Shown one piece after another: positions 31,000 to 43,073 of a DNA stretch of 64,000 nucleotides. Below the pieces are notes generated by a model that was not told where the DNA came from, ran no database searches, and was given only the letters and a program-made list of their open reading frames with translations. The stretch comes from the human T2T-CHM13v2.0 reference genome, Homo sapiens. The stretch lies in the NCBI RefSeq assembly GCF_009914755.1, contig NC_060935.1. One strand, given 5' to 3'. The position numbers and the translations under genes are program-made. Positions within the stretch are counted from its first letter, which is position 1; every line of letters starts with the position of its first letter.

Positions 31000-32828
31000 G
31001 ACTAAGAGGGAAAGGCAGAGAGAGAGGGTGGGGGGAGAGAGAGAGAGAGAAACTTCTAAGCCATCAGATCTCATAAGAATTCACTGTTACAAGAACAGCA
31101 AGGAAGAAAACCTACCTCCATGATCCAATCACCTCCTAACAGGTCCCACCCTCAAAGGTGGCGATTACAATTTGAGATGAGATTTGGATGGGGACATGAG
31201 CCAAACCATATCATTTCACTCCTGACGCCTCCAAAACCTCATATCCTTTTCACATTTCAAAATCAATCACGCCTTTCAAACAGTCGCTCCGATCTTAACT
31301 CATTCCAGCATTAACTCAAAAGTCCAAGTCCAAAGTCTCATCTGAGACAAGGGAAGTCCCTTCCACTTATGAGCCTGTAAAATTAAAAACAAGTTAGTTA
31401 TTTACAAGACACAATGGAGGTACAGACAGTGGGTAAATGTTGCCATTGCAAAAGGGAGAAATTGACCAAAACAAAGGGGCAACAGGCCCCATGCAAGTCA
31501 GAAACCCAGCAGGGCAGATCTTAAAACTTAAGGCTCCAAAATAATCTCCTTTGATTCCATGTCTCACATCCAGGGCATGCTGACGCAATAGGTGGGCTCC
31601 CAAGCTATTGGGCAGCTCTGCTGCTGCAACTCTGCAGGGTATAGCCCCTGAAACTTCTTTCACAGGCTGCTGTTGAATGCCTGGAGCTTTCCCAAGCACA
31701 CAGTGCAAGCTGTCAATGGATCTACCATTCTGCGGTCTGGACGATGATGGCCCTCTTCTCATAGCTCTACTAGGCAGTGACCCGGTGGGGACTCAGTATG
31801 GGGGCTCCAATCCCACATTTCCCTCCTGCACTGCCCTAGCAGAGGTTCTCCATGAGGGCACTGCTACTGCAGCAGACTTCTCCCTGAGCATACAGTTGTT
31901 TCCATACCTCCTCTGATATGTAGACACAGGTTTCCAAACCTCAGTTTTTGCCATCTATGCATCCACATGCCCAATACCACATGGAAATTTCCAAGGCTTG
32001 GGGTTTTCACCCTCTGAAGCCACAGCCTGTGTTGTACCTTGTCCTATTTTAGCCTCGAGTAGAGCTGGAGCACTGGGGACACAGGGCTCTATATCCCAAA
32101 GTTTCACAGAGCAGTGAGGGCCCTGATCCCAGTCCACAAAACCATTTTTCCCTCTTAGGCCTCTGGGCTTGTGATGGGAGGGGCTTCCATTAAGATTGCT
32201 GAAATGCCCTGGAGACATTTTCCCAATGCCTTGGCTAATAATAACAGGTTCCTCATTACTTTGTGCATATTTATGCAGCTAGCTTCAATTTCTTCCCAGG
32301 AAATGGGTTTTTATTTTCTATCACATAGTCAGGCTTTGAATTTTCCAAACTTTAATGTTCCGCTTCCCTTTTAAACATAATTTCCAATTTCAGACCATAT
32401 CTTTGTGAACACATATGACTGTATGCATTCAGAAACAGCCAGGTCACATCTTGAATGCTTTGCTGCTTAGAAATGTATGCTGCCAGATACCCTAAATTAT
32501 CTCTCTCAAGTTCAGAGTTTCACAGATCTCTAGGGCAGGAGCTAAATGCCATCAGTCTCTTTGCTGAAGCATGGCAACCATGGCCTTTGCTCCAGTTCCC
32601 AATATGTTCCTCTCTCCATCTGAGACCACCTCAGCCTGGACTTCATTATCCATATCACTGTCAACATTTTGGTCAAAACCATTCGACAAGTCTCTAGGAA
32701 GTTTCAAACTTTCCCAAATCTTCCTGTCTTTTTCTGAACCCTGAAAACTGCTCCAACCACTCTGCTATAAAGAACTACATGAGACTAAGTAATTTATTAA
32801 GAAAAGATATTTAATTGACTTACAGTTC
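31000..32828 (-). mobile_element. MSTA-like MaLR: partial 3' LTR (to 31213), internal region, stub of 5' LTR (32763-32828)
   Basis: CCATCAGATCTC...CCAAACCATATCA, MaLR internal sequence, CTGCTATAAAGAACTAC...TTTAATTGACTTACAGTTC. Confidence 0.85.
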
Positions 32829-32836
32829 AGTTAAAC

Positions 32837-33654
32837 CTGGAGGACAGCAGACCTCTTCTCACAGACCACTAGGCAGTGCCCCAGTAGGGACTCTGTGTGG
32901 CAACTCCTACCCTACATTTCCCTGCTGTACTACCCTCGAAGAGGTACTGCATAAGAGCCCCGCCCATGCAGCAAACTTATGCCTGGATACCCAGGCATTC
33001 CAATACATCCTCTCAAATCTAGGCAGAGGTTCCCAAACTTCAGTTCTTGACTTCTGTGCACTCACAGGCTCAACACCACATGAAAGCTGTCAAGGTTGGG
33101 GACTTGTACCCTCAGAAGCCATGGGACAAGCTTGGCCCTTTTTAGCAATGATGGGAGTGGCTAGAACACAGGGCACTAACTTCCTAGGCTGCATACAGTA
33201 CAGGGACCCTGGGCCCAACCCATGAAACCACTTTTTCCTCCTAGGCCTTCAGGCCTATGATGGGAAGGACTGCTGTGAAGACCTCTGACATGCCCTGGAG
33301 ATATTCTCCCCATTGTCTTGGAGATTAACATTCAGCTCCTCATTACTTATGCAAATTTCTGCAGCTGGCTTGAATTTCTCCTCAGAAAATGGGATTTCTT
33401 TTTCTATCACAATTGTCAGGCTGCAAATTTTCCTATTTTCCTAACTTTTATGCTTTGCTTCCTTTATAAAACTGAATGCCTTTAACAGCACCCAGGTCAC
33501 TTCTCATATGCTTTGCTGCTTATAAATTTCTTCCACCAGTTGACCTTAATCATTTCTCTCAAGTTCGAAATTCCACAAATCTCTAGGACAGGGGTAAAAT
33601 GCTGCCAGTCTGTAGGCTAGAACATAAGAGGAGTCACCCTTGCTCCAGTTCCCA
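32837..33654 (-). mobile_element. THE1 internal segment, inverted relative to the rest of its element
   Basis: Collinear with 31737-32601 and 62203-63054. Confidence 0.85.
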
Positions 33655-33655
33655 T

Positions 33656-34694
33656 CCCACCTCTTGCATCAGTATGACCTGGATATGAGTCACGGAGTCA
33701 AAGGAGATCATTTTGGAGCTTTAAGATTTGACTGCCCAGGGCCAGGCGTGGTGGTTCATGCCTGTAATCCCAGCACTTTGGGAGGCCAAGGCGGGTGGAT
33801 CACGAGGTCAGGAGATTGAGACCATCCTGGCTAACGTGGTGAAACCCTGTCTCTACTAAAAATACAAAAAAATTAGCCATGCGTGGTGGTGGGCACCTGT
33901 AGTCCCAACTACTCAGGAGGCTGAGGCAGAAGAATGGTGTGAACCCAGGAGGAGGAGCTTGCAGTGAGCCGAGATTGAGCCACTGCGCTCTGGGCTGGGC
34001 AACAGAGCGAGACTTTGTCTCAAAAAAAAAAAAAAAAAAAAAAGATTTGACTGCCCAACTGGATTTTTAGACTTGCATGGGGCCTGTAGCCCTTTGTTTT
34101 GGCCAATTTCTTCCATTTGGAATGGCTGTATTTACCCAATGCCAGTACCCCCATTGTATCTAGGAAGTAACTAACTTGTTTTTGATTTTACAGGCTCATA
34201 GGTGGAAGAGACTTGCCTTGTCTTGGAGTAGACTTTGGACTGTGGAGTTTTGAGTTAATGCTGAAAAGAGTTAAAACTTTGGGGGAAAGGCATGATTGGT
34301 TTTGAGATGTGAGGACATGAGATTTGAGAGTGGCCAGGGGCAGAATGATATGGTTTGGCTGTGTCTCCACCAAAATCTCATCTTGAATTCCCATGTATTG
34401 TGGGAGGGACCCAGTGGGAGGTAATTGAATCATGGGGGCAGGTCTTTCCTATGCTGTTCTCAGGATAGCGAATAAGTCTCACAAGATCTGATGGTTTTAA
34501 AATGGGGAGTTTCCCTGCACAAGCTCTTCTGTATTCTGCCACCATGTGAGATATGCCTTTCACCTTCTGCTGTGATTGTGAGGCCTCACCTGCCTCACAG
34601 TCATGTGGAACTGTAAGTCCATTTAACCTCATTCTTTTGTAAATTGCCAGTCTCAGTTGTGTCTTTATCAGCAGCGTGAAAATGGACTGATACA
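33656..34694 (+). mobile_element. THE1 (B-like) internal 3' part plus complete LTR (34346-34694)
   Basis: PPT GGGGCAGAA then TGATATGGTTTGGCTGTGTC...GTGAAAATGGACTGATACA. Confidence 0.9.
33740..34041 (+). mobile_element. AluY inside THE1-int
   Basis: Perfect TSD AAGATTTGACTGCCCA (33723-33738, 34042-34057). Confidence 0.97.
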
Positions 34695-34749
34695 CATGCT
34701 TTGTGCTTAAAAATTACTAAAATTCTACTTTAGCTCAAAGAAAGAGGGC

Positions 34750-35340
34750 AAAAAGGGTGTAGCAGGAAATGAAGTCTGAGAATTAAAAGGCTGAGGCAGA
34801 TCCTGAAGAACTTTTGGGGTCATTTACATGGATATTGGCTTTTAATCTGCACAACTTAAAAAATATTAGACATTTTTGAGCAGGAATAACACAGTGAGAC
34901 TTCCATTTAAAAACACAACTTTCAACTGCTATGTTGAAAAAAGACTGTAGAAGAGAATGAAAAGATCATGGAAACCAAGCCAAAAAATATTGCTGAAATT
35001 TAAGTGAAAGAGGGTGACTTGGGCTAGTGTGATAATGGTGGAGTTGGTAAGAACTAGCCAAATTTTTTGTATTTTTAAATAAGATTTTTTTTATGAGCAT
35101 GATGTGGAGTAAGAGACAAAGAGAGGAATCAAGAATAATCACAACATCTTTGGTCTCAGCCAAATAATTGATCTGATATTTACTGAGTTTAGAATGAGTA
35201 CATAAGATGCAGATTTAAAGAGAAAAATCAGAATTTCATTTCCAAACCTTTTACTTTTCTAGATAGATATCTAAGTGTGGATATCAAATATGTAGTTGTA
35301 GACTAGAATTTAGCAATGTGATCTAGGCTGAAAACAACTT
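34750..35340 (-). mobile_element. L2 fragment
   Basis: TTTTGAGCAGGAA...GAGAGGAATCAAGAATAA typical of antisense L2. Confidence 0.65.
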
Positions 35341-36208
35341 TTAATCCTTAAAACAGCATTTTCCAAAGTGTATTCCGTAAGTGTCTATTTCTGCAGCAGG
35401 TTAATAAGTACTAAACACACAGCTTATTTAATCAATATGTTTTAGAAATGTTGAATTACTATAAACAGGTTTCCTTACTTTAGTACTGCTCAGAATCATT
35501 AATATAATAATATAATTTTGATATCTAATGATGATAACATAGTATATAGAGTTTTCCAAACGGTTCTATCTAAAATATATCTTTTCTAGGAAAATTTGGG
35601 ATAATTGTTGCAAAGAAGCATTTTGTGTAAAACAATGACAACCACCCTTGGCCTTATTTAACAAATGAAACAATTAAGTTTTAAAAAACTTGAATAGTTA
35701 TTCAAGGTTATATAGCTGGCCTTCAAACCCATGTTGATCTTTCTTACTGTTTAATTGAACTCATGAAAAAGAAAAGGGTGGCAATATACTCAAGTGTGAT
35801 TTCATTCCACATACAAGTAAGCAGAGTAAACCAGACAAAATTTCCCAGGACTTGGTAAAAGAGCCCTAATGGAGAAAATAAAAGTGCAGGGGCTTAGTAG
35901 ATGCAAGACAAAGTGTCCTGTTCGATTCTATTTAGTTCTGACTGGAATTATTTTAATTAATAATGGCTGTATAATCCAGAGGCTTGTAGAGAGCTTGGAA
36001 TATATTTTTGCACCAGTATGGATTTTTTTTCTAGCATTTATAGACTGTATGGGTTATTGAAAGCTTTTCCTAATTCAAGGTACTCTGTATATCTTTAAAC
36101 ACAATATTTCTGAGATGTGTGTCAACAAGGTGACTTTCCTCCAGTTAGACAGGAATCAGAGGGGTGGAGGAATGGTGGATAGTGTTAAACACAAAAAGGA
36201 ATAAAATA

Positions 36209-36464
<256 letters not shown>

Positions 36465-36858
36465 GAGGAATAAAGTAGTCAATCAATACAAAGCTAATGT
36501 GAGGAAATTACTATTCTTTTTAACAATTTTGAAATGTTTAAAATTAGTATCACCTCAAGTTTTGGTCAAATTAATATATCTGACCTGTTACCCCATAGAA
36601 TTATAAGGTGGTAGACATCATGGTGGGCTGAAAATTGAACGCCCAGTGACTTTAGCTTTTGCTAACAACCAATTCTTTAGATTTTAATATTGAATTCTGA
36701 ACTTCAGAATATTTGCTGGTAATGTACTGAGTGATTAAGGATTATAAAATTTGCTATTAGTAAGCTAATACTTTTCACATTATTATCATGTCCTGATGGC
36801 TTTAATTCCATGTTCTACAAAGAAGATTGCCTGCCATGCAATATTTGGCAACGTTACA

Positions 36859-36860
<2 letters not shown>

Positions 36861-36890
<30 letters not shown>

Positions 36891-37166
36891 CAGAGTCGCG
36901 CTCTGTCGCCCAGGCTGGAGTGCAGTGGTGCAATCTTGGCTCACTGCCGCTCTGCCTCCCAGGTTCACGCCATTCTCCTGCCTCAGCCTCCCGAGTAGCT
37001 GGAACTATAGGCGCCTGCCACCAAGCCTGGCTAATTTTTTGTATTTTTAGTAGAGGCGGGGTTTCACCACGTTAGTCAGGATGGTCTCGATCTCCTGACC
37101 TTGTGATTTGCCCACCTTGGCCTCCCAAAGTGCTAGGATTACAGGTGTGAAACACCGCGCCTGGCC
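36861..37166 (-). mobile_element. AluY
   Basis: GTTCACGCCATTCTCC; TSD AACGTTACAAAT. Confidence 0.95.
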
Positions 37167-37524
37167 AACGTTACAAATCTATGTCTGTACATGTGCCAAT
37201 ACAAGTAACAGAAACACTAGAAATTTCAGTTTGTTGTTTGAGTTATAGAAAGTAATATCTTCAAAAATTATACAGTACTGTACTGATACCTCAGCCTGTG
37301 AAGACTCTTCAGGATATTCAGGGTAAATTTTACATTCTCCAGTTATCTATTTCCTAATGCTGTAAATTCATATTGTCACTACTACCATAGTGACAAAGCA
37401 TGTGTAAGGAATCCACCCTAAAAATATACATATAAAACAAACTTAACAACGAGTACACTTATATGAGGTAATGGATATTGACTCATGAAGGGAAAGAGTT
37501 CTTTAATAGGCAGTCTAGTAATAC

Positions 37525-37686
37525 AAGTAAGAGTATAAGTTTTGATATCAGGAAAGCATGAGTCAAAATTCTGGCTTTATAATTTATTATCTGAGTGTTC
37601 TAGGGTCAGTTATCATAACACTGTAAGCATTAAATCTCTGATATGTAAATCCAGATACAAATCACTGCTTTATGGAGTGTTAGAGT
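37525..37686 (+). mobile_element. MIR fragment just upstream of the U6 copy
   Basis: Degenerate MIR core (GAGTCAAAATTCTGGCTT...CTGATATGTAAAT). Confidence 0.45.
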
Positions 37687-37688
37687 TA

Positions 37689-37794
37689 TTGCTTACTTTA
37701 GTAGCACATATACTAAAATTGTGATAATACAGAGAAGATTTGCATGGCCCCTGTGCAACAACAACACACAGATTTGTGAAGCATTCTATGTTTT
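37689..37794 (+). pseudogene. Full-length U6 snRNA retro-pseudogene, 5' part of a U6/L1 chimera
   Basis: Ungapped match to U6, about 22 mismatches in 106 nt, many at CpG; AGCACATATACTAAAATTG, ACAGAGAAGATT, GCATGGCCCCTG; ends TTTT. Confidence 0.95.
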
Positions 37795-39042
37795 ACAAAT
37801 TGAAAAAAAAGGCACAGACAAAGAGAGAATTCTAAAAAGAGCAAGATAAAAGCTTCAAGTCACCTGTGAGGGAATCTCTATTAGACTATGGGAGGATTTT
37901 GCAGAAAAAAAAAATCACAGACCAGGGGGAATGGGTTGCCTTATATTCAAAGGGTTGTGAAAAATAAATACATAAAACCCTTATCAATCCTGAATACTAT
38001 ACCCAGCAATGCATTCAGAAATAAAAGAGAAATAAACCCTGTCCCAGAGAAACAAAAGCTGACATAATTTATCATCACTAGACTGGACTTAAAACAAATG
38101 CTTAAGGGAGAAGTTCAACTGAAAAAAAGGGATAATTACTATCATGAAAACATAAAAATGTATAAACCCAATTGGTAGAGGAAAATTCATAATCAAACCC
38201 AAAGTACTCTATTACTGTAATGGTGATGTGTTAATTTTTCAAATCTCCAGTACAAAGGTTAAAAGTCAAAATAATATAACTGTAGCTACAGTTATAGTAA
38301 AAAATAACTATAGCTACAATAAGCTTTAAAATACAAAATATAAAAAGATGTAAAATATTCTCAACATAAGCAATCACCAGGGAAATGCAAATTAAACCAT
38401 TATGAGATATCATCTCATACCCATAAGGATGACTATTAATTAAAAAGAAAAAGATAAATGTTGGCAAGGGTTTGGAGATAAGGGAACCCTGGTATACTGT
38501 TGATGGGAATGTAGTTTGCTATAGCCATGATGGAAAGCAGTATGAAGGTTCCTAAAGAAGTTAAAAATAAAACTACTATGTGACCTGGCAATCCATTTTC
38601 TGAATACATACACATAAGAGATAAAATAGACACTTGCAAATATATCTGTACTCTCAAGTTGATTGCAGTATTATTTACAATAGCAACACATGTAAACAAT
38701 ATAAATACACATAGACAGACAAATGGGTAAAGACAATGTCACGAACACACACATAAACACACACACACACATTTCTGTGATTATTTCTAATCACCCCTAA
38801 AAAGAAGGAGGTCTACAACATGAATGGAACTACTATAGACGACATTATACTAGGTGAAATAAGCCAGACAGAGAAAGAAAATTATTGCATAATCTTACTT
38901 ATATGAGGAATTTTTTTTAAATAAAAAGAGCTCAAATATGCAAGGATGATAAAGCAGTGGTTACCAGAAGTGAAGGGGATAGGAAGGAAATAGGGAGATA
39001 TATGTCAAAGAATACAGAATAACAGATGTATAGGAAATGTAG
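37795..39042 (+). mobile_element. L1MA-type fragment: ORF1 3' half and inter-ORF, deletion at ~38356, ORF2 3' end and 3'UTR
   Basis: GACAAAGAGAGAATTCTAAAA...GAATACTATACCCAGCAA (ORF1); CAGGGAAATGCAAATTAAAC...GTGAAATAAGCCAGACAGAGAAAG (ORF2 end). Confidence 0.85.
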
Positions 39043-39848
39043 AGTGTTAGCCTGTTTTCACGCTGTTGATAAAGACATACTGGAGACTGGGCTATTTACA
39101 AAAGAAAAAGATTTCATTGGACTTACAGTTCCATGTGGATGGGGAGGCCTCACAATCATGGCAGAAGGCAAGGAGGAGCAAGTCATATCCTACGTGGATG
39201 GTGGCAGGCAAAAAGAGAGCTTGTGCAGAGAAACTCCCATTTTTTCACACCATCAGATCTCGTGAGACCCATTCACTATCACGAGAACAGCATGGGAAAG
39301 ACCCACCCCCATAATTCAGTAATTCTCCACCAAATCCCTCCCACAACACTTGGAAATTATAGGAGCTACAAGATGAGATTTGGGTGGGACACAGGGCCAA
39401 ACTATATCATTCCACCCCAGTCCCTCCGAAATCTCATATCTTCATGTTTCAAAACAAATCATGCCTTCCCAGTGGTCCCCCAAAGTCTCAACTCATTTCA
39501 GCATTAACTCAAAAGTCTACAGTTTAAAGTCTCATCTGGGAAAAGACAAGTCCCTCCCACCTATGAGCCTGTAAAATCAAAAACAAGTTAGTTACTTCCT
39601 AGATACAATGAGGGTGCAAGAATTGGGTAAATACAGCCATTCCAAATGGAAGAAATTGGCCAGAACAAAGGGGCTATAGGCCCCATGCAAGTCCAAAATA
39701 CAGAAGGGTAGTACAGTCTTAAAGCTCCAAAGTGATCTTCTTTGACTCCATGTCTCACATCTGGGTCACACTGGAGCAAGAGGTGGGTTCCCATGGTTTT
39801 GGACAGCTCCATCTCTGTGGCTTTGCAGGGTACAGCCTCCTTCCCAGC
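39043..39848 (-). mobile_element. THE1 (A/B-like) LTR (39043-39409) plus truncated internal region
   Basis: GCTGTTGATAAAGACATAC...GGAGGCCTCACAATCATGGCAGAAGGCAAGGAGGAGCAAGTCA. Confidence 0.9.
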
Positions 39849-40029
39849 ATATTGTTTCTTTATGACAGACATGTTATGAACAGCATGGGATTGGGATTGC
39901 TATCATCTATCCTTAAACTGGGTGAGATGTTCCCAGAAAGAGAGACGACATCATTGTAAGACAAACCACCTATCTTAAAATGCTGAGAAATATCAGTGAA
40001 TTGGATACATGCTGATGGCCAATATTTGG

Positions 40030-40250
40030 TGGAGGAAGGAAAAAAAGAGAAACAAACAGGGATGAAAAATAAAATAGGGAGAACACAATTTAGAATATAG
40101 TAAAAAGAAAGAGGAGAAATAAAGGAACAAAGAGAAGAAGATTAAGAAAAGACAGAGAAATATAAATATAAAGGAAGAAAAAGAGGCAGAGAACAGAGGG
40201 AAAAAGGAATCAGAAAAGAAGAGAGAAATTTAAATTTAAAGAGAGTGAAA
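40030..40250. repeat. GA-rich low-complexity tract
   Basis: Purine-rich run. Confidence 0.7.
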
Positions 40251-40474
40251 TATGAAATAGAGCTGAAAGCAGAAATAGAGTTTGAAGAATATTATACGGA
40301 ACTCAGATTTGTTTTAAAAAGAAATGGGACACTGTGTCCTCTAAGCTTGAAGACCATGAAGGACAATGTAAAGAAGCTTAAAGTACAGATTTTCAATTCA
40401 TGGTTTCAATTAAAAATAATAAGTTATAGTAAAAAAGCCCCAACTATTCATGATATTCCTTGGCTAAATCTGAT

Positions 40475-40563
40475 ATTAAGATTGAATTAGGTAACCCCAA
40501 AGCAAACTGCTCAGAAGAGTGCCTGACATCTAGTAAGTACTCAATAATTGTTGGATATTATTA
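40475..40563 (+). mobile_element. MIR 3' end
   Basis: AGTGCCTGACATCTAGTAAGTACTCAATAA. Confidence 0.65.
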
Positions 40564-41299
40564 TTTTTTATGATATAGTTTAGAGGTTTTTCAGACTGTG
40601 ACCAACCAAGGCAGAATATAATTCAGCCTAAATAAATTCCAGGCAATAATCTGCAAGTGAAACAATACTCTAAATACTCTTATAACCTGAAATGTACATT
40701 TTAACGCTCTACATTTTTCTCAAAAATTTTAGAGTTATAAGCATAAAGCAAGATTCTTCAATTATATTAATTTGTAATAGAAATTATGTGATTTTATTTC
40801 AAAATTACATAATATAGGGAAGGAAATTGCTATTCTTAAATAAACATAAACTTCTAGGGTAATTTTAGTGGTAATTTTGAAGAAGAAATTACTAAAGCAT
40901 GTGAGCAAGACTAAGTGGCTTCCTACATACCTCTAATAGAAATTCCTCCTTGAATTTTACAGACTTCTTTAAGGAAATAAAATAATTTTTATTCTAAAAG
41001 AGTGTTTCTTGATAGGACTAGGGTTTATTTTTCTCATGCAGTTAAAGGAATATCTTTAGAGATAAAAATTTGCGGGTATTCTAATGACTGTTATTTTCAG
41101 CAGCATCATTCACATTTTGTATGTATCAATTCAAAGAAACAGTTGCAAACATTTACTTGTCAATTATCAACAATCGGTGAGAGGGTTCTTCAAGCCTCAT
41201 TTTCTTAAAGAATTTGAAAAATGGAAAAGGAAAAAAGAAACCAAAGTGAAATTATTTGTCTTGTAATTACAGGAGAGTGAAATTCATAAGAGAATACAA

Positions 41300-42578
41300 T
41301 TTTTTATTTTTAAATTTTATTTTTAATTGCCATGTAATAATTATATATATTTATGGGGTACAGTGTGATGTTTCAATACATGTTTACATTGTATAATGAT
41401 CAAATCAGGTTATTTAGCATATTTATCACCTGATACAGTTATTATTTCTTTGTGGTAAGTACATTCAAAATGCACTCTTCTACCTATTTTGAAATATACA
41501 ATAAAATACTATTAACCATGGTCACCACAGTGTGTACTAGAACACCAGATCTTATTCCTCCCATCTGGCTGCAACATTGTATACACTGACCAATCTCTCC
41601 CCATTGCCAGTTCCCCCACTACCTTTTCCAGTCTCCAATAACCACTATTCTACTACGTCTATGAAATTATTATTTTTTAGATTCCATATGTAAGTGAGAT
41701 CATGTGGCATTTGTATTTCTGCACCTGGCTTATTTTAGTAAACATAATGCCCTCCAGGTTCACCATGTTGCCAGAAATGACAAGATTTCATTCATTTTTT
41801 ATGGATGAATAATATTCCTTTGTGTATGTATACCACATTGTCTTTATCTGTTTAACCATTGATGAAAATATGTTGATTCCATATCTTGGCTATTGTGAAT
41901 AGTGATGGAAGAAAACAGGGGAAACACTTTATGACATTGGTCTGGGCAAGGATTTTTTGGATAAGGCCTCCACCAGAAAGGCAACAAAAGCAAAAACAGA
42001 CAAATGGGATCACATCAAACTACAAAGCTTCTGCAAAGCAAAAAAAAACAAACAAAAAAACAAACAACAACAACAACAACAAAATATATGGAGTAAGGAG
42101 AAAACCTACAGAATGGGAGGAAATATTTGCCAACTATCCATCTGACAAGGAGTTAATATTCAGAATATAATTAACTCAATAGCAGAAAAACAAATAATCT
42201 GATTTAAAAATAGGCAAAAGACCTGAATAGACATTTTTTCAAAGGAAAACAAACAAATGACCAATAGGGATGTGAGAACATTCTCAGCAGTAATCATCAG
42301 GAAAACACAAATCAAAACCACAATGAGATATCATCTCACTTAGAATGGTCATGAATAAAAAGAAAAAATAACAAATGCTGGCATAGATGTGGACAAAGTG
42401 GAACTCTTATACATTGTTGGTGGGAATGTTCATTAGTAAGGCCATTATAGAAAAAAATATAGAAGTACTTCAAATAATTAAAAATAGAGTTGTTTTATGA
42501 TCCAACAATCACATTTCCTAGTATATATCAAAAGGAAATTAAATTAGTATGTCAGAGATACCTGTACTCTCATGTTTA
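41300..42578 (-). mobile_element. L1MA (4-7-like) with 5' inversion: 41300-41907 minus, 41908-42578 plus
   Basis: Antisense 3'UTR (TATTTATGGGGTACAGTGTGATGTTTCAATACATG) joined to sense ORF2 (GAAGAAAACAGGGGAAACACTTTATGACATTGG). Confidence 0.9.
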
Positions 42579-43073
42579 AAACAGATTTATTAATAATAAA
42601 ATTGTCAGCAAGCAAAATTTAAGCCATTTTCAATGGAGAGCCACATTGATTCATTGTGGTTCAAAGTCCTTCAGAATTAAATGCATTACCTCTCCCATTA
42701 GAGTTCACTGAAACACGCAGCTCTCATGTCTATGTTGCTCTAATTCTTGTGATAACCTAAAATTGAAAAGGTTATGATTTTTATCCAACTCAATACAATT
42801 TCTAAGTTAGTGTTTTCTTATGTTCACCTATCAAGTTTCTCGGAACCACTTCTTATTCTGTTGGTACTTAGCAATAATTTTTATGCATTCTGAATTATCA
42901 GGTGTGATATCAGTTTTGCTACTCCAAAGGAAGGGAGATATGTCTATAGAGCCTGTGGGACGAATTGCTGTCTTAAAGGTCATTCTGTTGATATCTAATT
43001 CTCACAGCAGTCTTGAAAGGTGAGAATTTCAACCCATTTCACAAGTGAGGAAACTGAGTTTGGGGTAGTGAGT

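Noticed and set aside
32837-34694. L1-mediated twin-primed retrocopy of a THE1 transcript
   Set aside because: The geometry fits, but the LTR is complete to its U5 end (GATACA) with no poly-A or long TSD, so a genomic rearrangement is more likely.
37689-37794. Functional U6 snRNA gene
   Set aside because: About 21% diverged with CpG decay, no recognisable upstream U6 promoter, fused to L1.
37525-40563. MIR pieces at 37525-37686 and 40475-40563 as one MIR split by the U6/L1 insertion
   Set aside because: About 600 bp of unrelated sequence separates the THE1 break from the second piece and no TSD is visible; cannot be supported.
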